Assembly: GCA_003971905.1 (NCBI GenBank)
Contig: RSEE01000023.1
Location: 310,001-374,000 of the forward strand
Source of the DNA: Moniliella sp. 'wahieum'
Taxonomy: Eukaryota
Reading direction: 5' to 3'
Length of the DNA stretch: 64,000 nucleotides
The stretch's first letter is position 1. Each line of letters starts with the position of its first letter. A program made the translations under genes and the position numbers. Under the pieces are notes generated by a model that worked only from the letters and a program-made list of their open reading frames with translations, was not told where the DNA came from and searched no databases. Positions 23,949 to 37,475 of this stretch are shown one piece after another.

Positions 23949-26900
23949 CTAGAACTCTTCGAAATGTGGAGGGCAGCGTAGCGTGTCCCATCGCGCCCAG
24001 TACGCCGCCCAGGGGGTGAACCCCACCTCACGCAACAGCGGGACGACGTCAGTCTCGCCACTCCGCAATAAGGCTTGAAGGGCGATGCCTGGGCAGGAGC
24101 GTTTTCGAGCTGCTACGGCTGCTAGAATGCCAAATGTGCGCTCCGACGAGTTGCGAGGGAAAAAAGTGCGGTACTCGTCCCAGATCGCGTCAAACTTGTC
24201 CGTGTCCTGCAAAAGAAGTGCTTTGTGGTACAGGGCTTGCGTCCTAGCCTCCTTCTCAGCCTGTGCACTTTGCTTCTCCAAAGGCGAACCCAGCTTCTGC
24301 CGCAGTGCAACTAAATCCACTCTGTCCAAAATAGCGTTGGCTGCAAGCAGGGTCTCCTTGCGGTCCTTGCATCCCACAGCGGTATCCAGACGAGCCACAA
24401 GCACCGCCAGTTGGTCCGGGAATTCGGCCTTCAGGTATCAAGGAGGGCCAGACGGGCATGCACATCCTCGATTTTTTGAGCAGCATGCAGAAGCACAGTC
24501 AACGGGTCCGAACCACGTTTCTTCCCAGGTACAACGTAGCGGACTGGCACTTGCCATGCCCCAACGAAAGTGTGCCTGCTAGCACGTCCCCGGGTGCCGA
24601 GGCTGCACGCGTATCAAGAAGAAGTACCTTCCGTTCCTGGGGGAGCAAGGTGTATCCCAACCGAGCCGGCCGTCCAGGACCTAGGAGTTGGATATGGTCC
24701 TCGTACAAGTCGATCTGGACTGTTCCCTTGAAGGCACAGCGGGCAGTCAACAGGGCTTGCTTGAGAGTATTGAGTACCGCTACATCCTCATGCAGCATCT
24801 GAGCACGGATGGTGTACACCCCTTTTTCCAACGTAGCAGGACGAGGGTACACATCCCAAAGAAGCAGCGGCGCCTGTGGCTGTCATATACTTGCAGAAGC
24901 AATGGCAGAGGAGCATCGTACATATGCCCGCTGGTGGGGCTGAACCGCATCGTAGACTTCTCCCGGACACGGAGGGTGTAAGTGAGCACAAGCTCGAACA
25001 ATGGATGGCCATTGGGAAGGAGGTCACGCCGAGGAAGCGCACGGAGCGTGCTCCCCTCAGGACGAAGGAATTGCAACCGGGTGTCTAGCTGGATCCTGGG
25101 GTTCAGCGTTTCGGGGCGAAAAGATGATACGCACTCGATCTTACTAACCTCACCCGCGACCAGGGTGAGGTCCGAAGGAAAGACCTGAATCCCGTGAAAC
25201 TCCAGGGTGAGTTCGTAGGAGAAGCTTTGAGGTGATAGGAAGTACTCAGCCAGGGCAAGTTCGAGTGTCATCCCACCGCGGACAGGGAAGGTGCGCGTAG
25301 AGAGCTCTCCTTCGACGGAGGATAGCACAGGTGCCGTTTCCACGTGGTGGAGCCGCTCATGGGGGAGAAGTTGCAAGAGGTGAATCCATACACGCGCGTT
25401 CGTTCCTGCTGAATGGTTGGCTGTGCGTAGGCTAAGCGAGGCCCAGGTGGCCCTCGGGAACCTCCAGGAAGCGGCGCATCACCTTGCCTTGGGACAAGTG
25501 TCCCGTATAGCGCATCGTCGGCTCACATCGCTCGGGCTTGGTAACAGTAACAGGGATGGTGAACAATTTGAGGCCGGTAGTGGAATCATAGGCATCGATC
25601 TGGCAATGATGCAGTCCAACAGGAAGAGAGGTAGGGTCCACACGGACCTCAAACGTGCGTCCGCTGGACCCAAGAAAGACGTGCTCTGGAGCTTGTACCC
25701 ACGTGGCCGAGGGAAGAAAGGTCACGGGAAATGGAAGGAGTAACTTTCCTCTGTCTTGTGGACAGGAAATGCGGGGCGAACAGAAACTTGGAATGCGCTG
25801 AGACGGGATGTCTCCATGGGTTCGCGCAAGTAGATGCCGCGTTTGTTGGTGCTCTTATTCTTGCTGTCCTTGCCTGGCGGGGTGATGGCAAGTTGGAACT
25901 CAACATCTTGGGATGGATGATCCTTCCACTTGATGAGATGATCCCAGGCGTCAGCGATTTGAAGAAAAGGGACAGAGAGGTCATCCTGCACATCCTTCCC
26001 GGTCTGCTGTATTGCACTAAAAACGCGCCAAGGCGAGATAGGAATACCACGCTGCTTCATCCCAAGACTAGGAGCGCAATAGCTCCTGCCACATGTGGGG
26101 CGGACATTGAAGTCCCATTGAGCAACATGCTTTGGGATAGAGTATATTGGCAAACCGATGTGATTGCTGCACCAGGAGCAAGGATGTGGACGCCTGCCGC
26201 TCCATTTGCCGCTGGTCCACGTGAAGACCAAGTGGTAACGTTGCCTGGTGCCGCGTCAAGCGGAGCGTATTCCGCCTTCTGCATTGAGCCTGGGGTGACG
26301 TAGGCACCCACAGAGAGTATGCCCGTTGTGGTTCCCCCCGGCTGCCCGATTGTGGAGAGCGCGGGGCCGTTGTTGCCTGCCGAGGCAATAAAGAGAAGGT
26401 TGTGGTCCCGGATTAGCGGCTGGATCGCAGCCAAAAAGCGCCGGCGTCCTCTACGCCAAACGCCCCATCTTCCCCAAAAGAGAGGTTTGCCACGTCCACT
26501 TGAGCATCAAGGAGAGCGCGTGCAGCGCGTAAAAGCGCTTGACCAGTCTCCATGGTCCCACACGCGGATCACTAATTCGAAGCGAAACAATTTCACAATT
26601 GGGTGCGAGCCCATCTTGCTCGGTGCCAAAACTGGCTCCAACAATACCTGCGACGTGCGTCCCATGGCTGCCGGACACGGTGACGATGCTGAGCGTAGGC
26701 GTGGAACCGGGATGATCAAGAAGGATGTTGACCGAGTAGGAGAGGCGATCCATATGACCAAAGAAGCGCCATTGGTGTTCAATACGGAAATCGGTCAAGC
26801 CGCGGCCGTAGGATAGGTCCACAGTGGCTGCTGCGGCGCCCAGGTCGACCTCAAGGCTGTACGACGGCAAACCCAAGGAAGCGTCATAGGGATCCCCCTC

Positions 26901-27534
26901 GCCACCTCCGACGAGAGCGCGGAAATGCTCACCATCATGATACACCACTGCCTCGATAATCGGGCCAGGGTCGTCGTACTGGGCCCAGAGCGCGTCCAGC
27001 ACCTCCAATCGAGCCTGGAGTTCGTCCTTTGGCCCATTGGCTGCATCGAGCTTCCTGCGGGCGTCGGCTACCAAACGCGCATGCTCGACGCGGAAGGCCT
27101 CTTTGCGTTGAGCAGAAATGCGCTGGACCAGATTCGCTGGCCAAAACTCATATGCACGTTTGGCGCCGGCGTACCACACCCCTGAGGGATTGATGAGCGG
27201 CGCTAGCTGCAGCCTCGACGTGACAGGAGAACATAGGGTGTGGTCACAAATGTGCTGCTCACATCCACAAGATGCACGTCGCCCGCACCTGCTCCAGTTA
27301 GCCGCCGTACACCGAGACGAAGGGGGACATACCAGAACAGTCGATCGCATCCACCACCTTGCCTGGACCATCAAGCCCAGCAGCAGCAACGTCGACCCCC
27401 GTGTCGAGGATGGCGACGCGCACCTTGCGGCCATCAAATGTGGGATTGTCCCTCACAAAAGCCCTGGCCTGGGTAGGTGTAGTAGGCATCAGGCCATCCA
27501 GAGGGAATGGCGGCAGTGCAGGTGGGGTCGCCAT
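23949..27534 (-). CDS. TPP2: Tripeptidyl-peptidase II (subtilisin S8 family)
   Basis: FDGRKVRVAILDTGVD (Asp), GSHGTHVAGIVGA (His), SAGNNGPALSTIG, NGTSMSAPHVAGAIAL (Ser), RGIYLREP. 44-nt intron at 27289-27332 (GTATGT..GCTAAC..CAG). Many indels; 3' end approximate. Confidence 0.93.
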
Positions 27535-27734
27535 GAGAGATGGTGGTGTTGGTGCGCGCTGAACCAGGGAGGGATGCCTAGGCTGATTAATTGATTGGCG
27601 GAGCAGGTGAATCGAGTTATCACGTTAATCGATCAGCTGCCACGGAGTAACTTATCGATTGGGGCTGCTGCTGAAATGTCGAATTCTGACTGATCTTGGT
27701 GAGAGAGAAGTCGACTAATTTTGTCCAAAAATGA

Positions 27735-27821
27735 TGCTTCAAAGGGGAATCGAACCCCTGTCACATCGATACGACACTGGCGTGATGGCAACGATGTAGT
27801 ATACCACTAACCCATTGAAGC
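27735..27821 (-). tRNA. tRNA-Gly(GCC) with a 16-nt intron
   Basis: Acceptor stem GCTTCAA/TTGAAGC-A, anticodon arm CATCG-TTGCCA^T-CGATG, T arm AGGGG-TTCGATT-CCCCT, followed by a TTTTT Pol III terminator. Confidence 0.95.
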
Positions 27822-28102
27822 GTATGAATGTGTGCATTTAAACAGTGCCCTTTGCCTTATCGCTGATGCCAGAGTCTGCCTATGCGTGCAAGTTCATGTG
27901 CAAATTCTTGTCCCAGCACTCGCTCCTATCAACCACATGTCCTTCGGTATTCTCAAGCCCAACATTGCAAGGCGAACGAGTGGATGATAGCACTTTGGCA
28001 TGGCATACCGAACATCTATGTCAGTGGGTGCCCCGATGTCTCTCGTCGTCGTCTGCCTTTTTGATCGACCCACACAGTGGGCCTACAGATGAGGCGTCTG
28101 TT

Positions 28103-29382
28103 CTAGCCACCCGGCAGTCCTCGTAGCTCCTTGATTGGCCCGTCTGGACGAGAGGGATCAATAGGGGTGACACCGGGGCGCCAGCGCCAACGATCAGAGT
28201 AGCCTGGTCCAGGCGACCCAGCAACGCGTCCGCCACATATTGCCCCATAATGGGCAGAACTTGAACGAGTGGCCCGAGTCACCAGTCGCCAGCAAGAGGC
28301 TCTCCCCAAAATCTGGGTGGGGACATAAGAGCCAATTGGCGTCGGGGCTGTCGGTGCACCAGCAGATGAGGGGGTCCAGGATTGGGCGACCACTCAACCG
28401 GGGCATCATCTTGGCGATCAGCTTGTGCATCGCCTCCAGTGCCTCGTCCGGCACGGCGTACTTGATCTCGGAAGGCAGCGAGACGGGGCCCCAGGGCGTA
28501 GGAGTGGTGTTTCGGTACCCAGGAAACTCGTTGCACAACTTGATCCTCCCTTCGGCCGAGGCGGCTCAAAGAAGAATCCCATTTCTGAATGGTCAATGAC
28601 TGGTAGCCCTTGCAGTTGGGCCGCCTCGTCGGGGCTGAGCTGGATGTGACCCACCGTCCAACACTTGGAGTCACACTGCTGTTTTAGGTCGACCAGCCCT
28701 GGGGTCCAGGCGCCTGTGCAAAACTGCGTGCCGTGTGACATGGGTGGTGCCGTCGCGGGTACGCACGCGGTTATGCGTTGGCCTGTTGCGTCCGTTCAGG
28801 GGCCATGTCAACCACCTCACCCTTGTCGCCCGAGAGAAAGTAGCGCCGAGCCGCTGGGCCTCCTGAGCAGCAGAAGCGATCGCATCGCTGGCCATCGCCC
28901 AGCCGTTCACTCCGTTCCACATACCGAACCAATCATCAATGTCACTCCCGAGCCAGCGGAGTGCAGGGACCTGGTCCTTGATCGCTTGTCCATCGTCCAA
29001 CACTTTTGTCTGTCCCGCAAAGTATGGATCGGCTTGCATGCGCCGATGGGGGGCAAAGATGAGCTGCTCAGCAGCAGGAGTGTGACGCGTAGAGGCGTCG
29101 CAGGCAATTACCCAGCCTGTTTGGTGGAAGTGGGGGGAAAAGACGGGGTCCGACTTCCAGGTATCAAGCATCTTTTGCCAAGGCAGTGTAGAACGGGTCC
29201 CGGTATTCAGTGCGGACAATCTTGTTGAGATCGTTGCCTGCCGACACTTGGCTGGGAGGAGGGAACTTGTCAAGAGCAAGAACCTTGTATCCCCGCCGGA
29301 CCAAATGCAGTGCCGTAGAGGATCCGAATGTGCCACCGCCACCGATAATGATGATGGTCTCGTCTTTGGTGGGTGGAGGCAT
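28103..29382 (-). CDS. FAD-dependent amine oxidase, fructosyl-amino-acid / L-saccharopine oxidase family
   Basis: IIIIGGGGTFGSSTALHL, SAGNDLNKIVRTEY.DP.Y, SKCWTVGHIQL, CWCTDSPDANWLLCPHP, LLLATGDSGHSFKF, WRWRP; frameshifted. Confidence 0.92.
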
Positions 29383-31290
29383 GGTGGTGGTGGAGAGGCT
29401 GATGCAGGATAGTGAGAGATGATGGAGGAAAGGGTCGAGAGTTATAGCACTTCGGCAATCCTGTCCTCTCAAAGGTTGAACAATGTGGCACCAGATCAAA
29501 ATATTTGAAAAGACGCTGGACTCAAAGATGGCGGAGAATGAGCGCAACGTCTAGTGGTCGTGTGGTGCAAACTGGCAGGGGTGTGGGTGGTTTGTCTGGT
29601 TGCTTGAAGGTACTCTCGGCTGATAGTGTTTTGACTCAAAGGGTCCCAGTGACACGGCGCTGTGTTCGGAAGCCCACAACGTCCTAGATGGTCGTACCGT
29701 CGTTTGACTTTACACTAGTTGCTAGGCGCTGGTTCTATAATCGCTTTAAGCGTCAACGCGTCAGCGTTCAACTATAACGCCTTCCTTGGACCTATGCACC
29801 GACCCAAGACGACCTAAGACCTGTTCTCTGTTTTTACGCCGAAGCGGGTAAAAGCGGAGCGAGCAATGGTGTGCTTCCAAATTTGCCGGCAGGCACGTGA
29901 AGTTGCACGTAGACCAAGTTTGACTCTTGAGCAGTGAGCTTGAAAGGAGTCGCAAACGGGCCAGGGGCAGTTGATATTTGGAGCAGATAGCGAGCAGGAG
30001 GGCAGATCTCGATCCCTATCGATATCTCCATTAAATTGGTACGAAGATCTAAGATCTAAATGCTCGGCTCAGGAGCCGAAGCCCAAACCGAACCAGCGAC
30101 ACACCGCCCCGAGCCATCCCAAACTTGCGCATGGAGGTGCAGTGGCACCGGAGCAATCGATTGGAAATTGGAGGCAATTAGCAGCAGTGTCGGCCCTGGA
30201 AGGGAGACAGCTGCTGTGCTGGTATTGTGGGGCATAATGATAACGGTGATCCCGGTGATCATCATAACGTCTGCAGCTTTTCTCGCAGTTGATGCATGAT
30301 GAACGATGCATGATGCATTATACAACTTGCCAGGTGTGTCTCATGCATCATGCATACTGGTAGCTGAAGGCGTGAATACTGTGAGTGCGTGAGTGTATAG
30401 TACTGTTGCTCAAGATGAGCCCCAAGCGATTTCTGTCGTGCTTTGCTCACCGCGCTCACGTCCGTGAGCTCATAATCGCTCAGACTGAGGTGCCAGAAAA
30501 CCCCTGCAATTACTCCCCGCCCACCCACTGAGTAATGAGTCAGTGCCACGTACTGAACACGCTGAGCGCCGAATTAAGAGAGAAACAGAACAACACGGCT
30601 CGATTCAAGTCTTACAGTGTGGCTGTTGGCATAACCGGCATAACCACGGAATATCTCACCTTTGAACCCAAGGGCGAATGCGAGCCGATGCGAGCCCCAG
30701 CCGGTACAAGAACATACACTTTTGCCGCAAAGCGCCGCCGTTTGTATGGCGGAGGGGGTGGCAAAATGGTAAACCGCGCCGCACCCGTGCCTTCTCCCGC
30801 ATGTCTAACTGTGGAAACCTCTCACAGTGTACAAGAGGGGTGTGGAGGGAGAGCAACGCGCGCCAACCTAGTCTCCGTGCTTATTTCCTGCACCTCTCCC
30901 TGCTCCCCTGCAATGTGAGAGAGATAGCGGAACTGATCCACAAACTGCCGATTGCTTTTCTCGATCCTTGGCACCAAACCACTGCTTCTCCTCTGCACAA
31001 GGGGGATGTTTTAGGTACAGAGAGATAGCATCTTTTGCGCAACGCGCGTTAGCGGTTCCCGCGTATACGCTTTTCTATACTCTGTTGCGTTACCGGGTTA
31101 CCACTGTCTGTTCCTACTTACCTTTCCACCCCCCTCTCTCCTAGTCTTCCAAGTCGATGACGACAGTTGATACTGCGCGGATAGGTCTTTGAGGTCACCG
31201 TATATAGTGTCCCCAATCTCATTTCTCCTTCTCTGCTTATCTCCTCTATCCCTTCCTTTCGCTTCCACCACATACATTCCGACCAACCCC

Positions 31291-32977
31291 ATGTCAACAA
31301 ACGACAAGCTAACGGACTTCAAGGCTGAGGGCGAGACCAAGCCTGAGGTGGTTGTGGCCACCCCAGAAGGGTACGACGACGGCGGAGTTCCAGCATACAC
31401 AGGCGAGCGTCCAGCCCGCCACTGGTGGTTCGTTGGGTCCCCGAGGCCGTTTGGCGATGGCGCCGAACCTCATTTGCCCAGATGCTCACCCTGTCTGCGT
31501 TAGCCTTTTGCGGCCCAGCGATGGGCGACGCCATCTCCAACTTAGGTGGCGGCGGGCTGGCCACAGCCAATGCGTTTCTTGCCGCATCGGCGTCTGAGTA
31601 TGCCATCATGGCTGTTCTGTGCTTTGTCGGCGGCTTGCTCATCACCCGTTTTGGTGTCGTGCCAGTGGCGATTGTAGGCTCGGCATGTTTCCCCTTGTAC
31701 GTTCATCCCTTTTATTGTATTGTGTCGCATGGGTCTACCATGTATGTGTGCGAGGAGGAGAGGTCACTGACGTGTTGTCTTTATTGATCTCTATAGCGAT
31801 GGTTCTTCCCTCTACGTCAATTCCAAAGGGTCCAACACTGCCTACCTGATCGCGGGTGAAAGCATTGCAGGGTAGGGAATGCGCTCTGGTACGTGTGCGA
31901 GAGCTGTCTCGTGCTTAGTTTGCCCGAGGCCAAGCACCGAGGAAAGTACGTGTCGTCCCGTTTCTAGTATAAGAATTGTGCAGGATCGTTCTTCCCCCTA
32001 TGCGCGTTTCCCTGACCACATGTGCAATAAACAGATACCTGGGCATGTGGATCCTGTCGCGTAATCTGGGCCAGCTGGTGGGCGGCGCGATCAACTTGGC
32101 GCTGAACGTCGACGATTCGGCTGCGGGGTCAGTGACGCCATCAGTGTACATTATCTTTATGGTGATTGAGTGCCTTGGCTTTCCCCTCTCATTTTTCCTC
32201 ACCGACCCCAAGAATGTGATTCGCTCCGACGGCACGACTATCAAGACCACGGCTCACAGCGGATGGAAGAATGAGTTCAAGCTGCTGCTCAAGACGGCAG
32301 TCTGGCCCTTTTTGGTCCTCTTGCTCCCCATGAGTTTCTACTCCTTCTTCTACATTAGCGTGTACAACAAGTACCTTACCGACATCTTCTCTGTGCGTGC
32401 GCGCGCGCTTAGCTCCCTCATCAGCCCCGGGTTCTGCGTCGTGGGTTGCTTTGGCCTGGGCGTGCTGTTGGACTACCAGCGGTGGAACCAGCGGACACGC
32501 GCCTACGCCGGTCTTGCCGTTGTTTTCCTCAGCGCAGCCGGTCTGTCAGTGTGGTCAATTGTGGTGCAGGTGCAGTTTGACCGTCACAGTCCGGGGGTGG
32601 TGGTGGACTGGACGAGTCCGGTATGGGCTAAGGCGTTCCTCAACTTCTTTTTCATCAACACGTTTGGGCCCATTGGGCAGAGTTACGCATATTGGCTTTT
32701 GAGCTGCCGGGCAAGCGACGTACAGTCGAATGCGCGCCTCGGCGGCGTCTTCCGCTCCGCCGAAGCTATTGGTCAGGCCGTCTCGTACGGTCTCATGTCG
32801 CGCAAGAATGTGAGTGCCTTGGCTGGCTTCATTGTCAATGCGGCATTGATGGTGGCGTCGTTTGCACCGACGGCCGTTGCCGCCCACTCGGTGCCACCGG
32901 TCGAGGTCACTTTGACCGCCGAAAACGCGGCTTCTGCCAAACCAGAAACCAAAGAAGCCGACAAAGAAGACGCGTGA
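31291..32977 (+). CDS. UNC-93-like MFS transporter
   Basis: AFCGPAMGDAISNLGGGGL, NLGQLVGGAINLALN, PKNVIRSDG, FSVRARALSSL, QSYAYWLL, GVFRSAEAIGQAVSYG. Introns at ~31697-31796 and ~31947-32033. Confidence 0.88.
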
Positions 32978-33612
32978 ACCGCGTGAACAGAGGCACCACC
33001 GATCCCACCCCTTTTGTCACGACTTGCTTCGGTCCTATAGGGCTGCTCAGTACCTAACTACACCACACAGGGCGCACTAGGGACGCTGCCCGCACGCCGT
33101 TGCGTTGTTTGTATAATCTTTGCTCTGACGGACTGCGTCTTCGAGGGGGAACAAACCACTAATCCCCACCCACCGGTATACATATCACGTTGATACGACT
33201 CAAATGGGGGGAGATGGCGCTGGGGTATCCTAGTGCTGCATCTGTGCTAGTCATAGTAGTGTTGCAGCCAGCATAGCCGATGTTGCGCCGGAAGAGTACG
33301 GGGGCGTCCATAGTCTTCGCTCTTCAGCCCCCCCCACCGGACGGCTTGGCTGACGGTGCGCGGCTGGACTGCTGTACACAAAAGGGTATCTCATCGGTAG
33401 TCCAAGTAGCCGTTTCCTTCATTTGCGATGCCTGCTGGTGCATCCCCATGCGTATGTGGCCGAAACTAGGAACGAGCATGGCAGTCGGCCTAGGGACTAG
33501 AACGAATGCCAGCGGAGAAGACACTGACGACGTATTCGATGGGGCGAAGAGGGCTGGGGATGGACACCCGGGATTGAAATTGCAAACCGACGCCGGCATC
33601 GACCAAAAAGAG

Positions 33613-33711
33613 TGGTCAATATGAGGCTTGAACTCATGACCTTGGCATCACCAACACTCTCCAAGCGGAGACATATTAGTACCACGCTCTGACCAACTGA
33701 GCTAATCGACC
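33613..33711 (-). tRNA. tRNA-Ile(AAT) with a 25-nt intron
   Basis: GGTCGAT/ATTGACC-A acceptor, GCTC-AGTTGGTCA-GAGC D arm, TGGTA-CTAATA^A-TGCCA anticodon arm, ATGAG-TTCAAGC-CTCAT T arm, TTTTT shortly downstream. Confidence 0.95.
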
Positions 33712-33754
33712 ATTTACGATTACATCAGGCCAGGTCCAATGGACTTGTGTCCAC

Positions 33755-36546
33755 TCAGGTCATTTCCTTGCTGCTGGTGCTCTTCAATTGTTGATTGACT
33801 GCCTCCGAACTGAGTCTGGACTGGCTGCTCCTAGCTCTCAACATCTCACGCCAAGCTGCTCGGAATACACGAAGACGGGCAGGGGTACATGGTATCATTC
33901 CAACAACAGGCCAAACAAGCAGGACAGATCGTCTAGGCTGGTCATCAACGGTCCAGGGCAGTGCAGTAAGGTAGGTGGTATACTTCAGCACCTCCCCCAG
34001 CAAGTAAACGCGCCGGCGGTGGAAGTTGGCTTGCGCACGCGCCGCGTCGGTGCGCAGCTTCAGTTCGCGTTCCAACGCCACCTCCAACATTGGCACCGTC
34101 ACATCCCACGTTTTCTGGCTGGGAGTGGTGAGGCTAGCACGCGAACGCGCGTGGGCCGGGCCCATCGGCCACCGCGCATGGAGCGTAGGCAAGAACGCTT
34201 CGTGAGCCAGCAGATCGGTCTGAACCTGCAACAGGCGAGCACGCAGTTGTACCTGTTGCTCCGCCACGCTGCGGACAGCACCCACAAGCGGAGGCATCGG
34301 TGTGACCCAGAGCGCAACGTGCAGCGGCATCTCTTTCTCAGTGCCAACCGTACGGAGGTGGCAAGATGTTCCCGGGATCCTGTGAAGCGTTCGACGAGAG
34401 AAGAGGTAGACTTATTGGAGCGCAAAGAGGCAAGCGAACGGCCACTGCCGCGCCACACCACACTCGAAGTTGGAGTTGTTGAAGGCGTCTCGATACGCTC
34501 CTCCTCATCCGACAGCGCAGAGGCCAAGGAGTACGTCGAGGAAGGCCGGGGCAGCGGACCCCAGCCGTACTCCTCTGACCCCACGGCCGGTGGCAGGGGG
34601 GGGCGCGTGCACCGGGCCGCCCAATAAAGGCAAGCGTTCACCCACTCACGAGCTAACAGCGGAGTCCCCGCCCCAAATACCCATATAGCCCCCGAGGGAA
34701 GATGAAGCGTCCACCCTGTCTTGCCCTGCGGGGGTGGGAAGTCTCCCACGGGCCCAGTCCAGGGATCATTCTTCTCCCCGTGTGCAGGAGCGAGACGAGC
34801 TCGGGAATGGGTGAGGGGAATTTCACCCGTGAGGACCGCATGGGCGCGCCAATTCCCATCACCGACAGGGGAGTTGTTGTGGGGCAGAGAGCCGACGCCC
34901 AGACGGTAAAAGCGTAAACGCCCCTCTTCAACTAGGGCAAAGGTTTCTGCCCACGAACGCAGATCCCGGTCTTTGACTCGCTTGCGCATTTCGCCAAGCG
35001 CCTGCTTACGCAACAGCAGACCCGACATGGGTGCCTCAAGGACCTCCGAGCCGTCCGCCTCTCTTTCGACCGTAGAGCTAGACTGGGAGAGACGGGATGC
35101 TGCAGGCGAACCCGATGGAGCTGGGGAGCGTGACCTGGATCTCCGAGAAGGGGTGTGGTGGGGACTGGAGGGCGGGATAGTCAACTCGATGGGGGGGAAA
35201 GAGCTGGTGCTCGCCCCAGGAACGAAGAAGGATGCTTCCCCTCTTTGGAACATCGCTGCTGCCTCGTTTGGGGACATCGCCGCTACCAGGCGCAGGGAGC
35301 CGGATCTGGTGGGTCTTGACACCCATGTACATGTCCTTCAAGAGAGTTTTCATGTCGGTACCCCACGCTTTTTCGCGTTCTTCCGTTTCCGCCTCCTCGT
35401 CAATTGACAGAGTGGAGAGTCCGGCAACGCCGAACGGCCCTGTCCCCAAAGACATGCTGATCCGATTCAAGGCGCGGGCCGCCCGACCTGGGGCATGTAT
35501 ATGTGCTCCAGTGCTCGGGGCGGGAGGAGGACCGGGGGGGAGATCGAGGGAGGGAGACTCTCGTCCCAGTCCCAGGGAAGATTCGGATCGTACCTCAGGC
35601 TCCTCTTCCAAATCGGCTCCGTGTTGGGTGAGCCAGGTGGCAGCAGGTGCCAGTCCATCCGCTGCAAGGGCATGCATCGTGTTCAGCACATAGAGCGAGT
35701 CATATGCCGTCCGTTAAGATCCGCAATGTGCAAGTCGGTGTTGAGCAAGACCAATGAGTAAGCAAGCGAATGGACAGCAGCAGGAGAGAGGAAAAGGAGG
35801 GTCCGTTGTGGCGAAGGTAGGCATTCCCAGTAACGCTGAGCAAAGCAGCGAGTAGGCGGTCGACCTGCTGGGTTTCAGCCTTGAGGTACAAGTGGTCACA
35901 CAATCGTCGGAAAGCAGCGTCTAGTCGAAGACCATGGAAATCAAGGCGAGAGAAGTATGCAGGCAGAGCTGCTTGGGCTTCTGGAAGATCGGAGCCGAGC
36001 CAGGCAGCGACTTTACTGCGCGGGAGGAAGGAGGCGTCACCTGTCCAAATGCGTCGGGCTAATGACTCGCCAATAGAATCGGCGGCGGAATCCGATACGA
36101 GCTCCTGGGTCGTGGGGGCAGGGGGGAGGCAGAGGTGGTGGTGGTTGGGGCGTGAGGCGAGGCGCGTTTGGAGACCGCGCCATCAGTTGGGGTGGAGATC
36201 GGGAGGGGTGGGGCGGAGAGGGGTGCCTTGGAGGCAGAGGTGGGGTCGAGGAAGGATTGGTCCAGAGCGAGAGCAGGCAATACGGGTGGGGCATCGGATA
36301 TAGGGAGTGGGTCGTGGGTCGTGGGGGGGTGCGGCGAGAGGCAGCGGCCATGTGCATCCAGGTCAAGAGCCGGCCACTCGTCTCCTTCATTCGCCGCCGA
36401 GAATTGCCAGGGGGGGGGTCATGAGTGGTGGTGGAGGAGATGGAGTCGGTGGCCGTGCTGAGGGAGTGGGAGTGGGATAGGGAGGAGCCTCGCTGGCTCC
36501 GCGGGGGCGAGGCGGTGCGCGAGGTTCCACGGCGGGCCATGGGCAT
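33755..36546 (-). CDS. Sec7-domain plus PH-domain ARF guanine-nucleotide exchange factor (Syt1-like)
   Basis: Sec7: AAFRRLCDHLYLKAETQQVDRLL, SLVLLNTDLHIAD. PH: GLLLRKQ...R.W, REWVNACLYWAARCTRPPL..AVGSEEYGW. C-terminal RRVYLLGEVLKYTTY. Start and end approximate. Confidence 0.88.
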
Positions 36547-37475
36547 GGCGGCGCAGCTGGTGCCAGCGCGAGACGTGGCCCGAGTCGGAGGCGGAGGGGA
36601 AGACGATGGCGCGGGGAGCGGCGGACGCGGGGGATGTGGGGGGTGCGGGTCCTGCTTGGCGCGACGGGCGTGGGCGCTGCCGTGGGAAGGATGCGGCACG
36701 CGAGATGGGCGCTGTGGAGGAGGACGTGGGGGGGGTGGGGGGGGGTCGGGGCGGCAGGGGGGGGGTGTGGAGGCTGGGGATCGTCAGGGGCGTGGAGGCC
36801 GTAAGCTGGCGGGGTGCGGTGCCCGGCAGCACGTGGACGGAGCACAGGCAGAAGAGCGCACCCGCGCATCCGCGCCCAGCACACTCAGGCCGTCCCATCC
36901 GCGCCACACACACTGGCGCCGTGCCAAGCGGTGACAACCCTAGGCCATGCGCCGCGCGCGGCCTGCTCGGCTACGACCTGCCAGGGCACCCTCCCCGCCC
37001 CCTGCACCATCCTGCACCCCTTGCAGGGTGTCGAAGCAGGATGGCTTATCGCCTGGCCACTGCCCCCGCGCCCGGTCACATGTCACATGTCATATGCTCA
37101 TCACACATCACGTGACGCCACCCACAGCTTGTCACACCGACACGTCACACGTGTCACAGGGGCCAGCCGCGATCACAGCGATCCACGAGCCACGGGTCCA
37201 AGTGGCACTGGGAAACAACCCCCTGTTTCCTATGTGGGTTGTTTCCTATGCCCATTCACCATCGACATCATCTCATCGGCCATTGAATTTGACATGGGAC
37301 TCCATCAGATACTACTACCCCTTCCGTCCTACAAAAATGGAAATCCCATTTGCCCTATTTAGATCTTAGACCTCAGAGATCTACACCTCACTCAGGCCTT
37401 CTTCACAGGCACATGCAACCAAGTCATATGATTCATCACAGCAGAGCCAGGTGTCATAGTCGCTTTGGTGTATCT

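Noticed and set aside
33788..34627. 279-aa plus-strand ORF and similar long antisense ORFs (17718-18641, 37725-38207, 38994-39704)
   Set aside because: Antisense shadows of real GC-rich genes.
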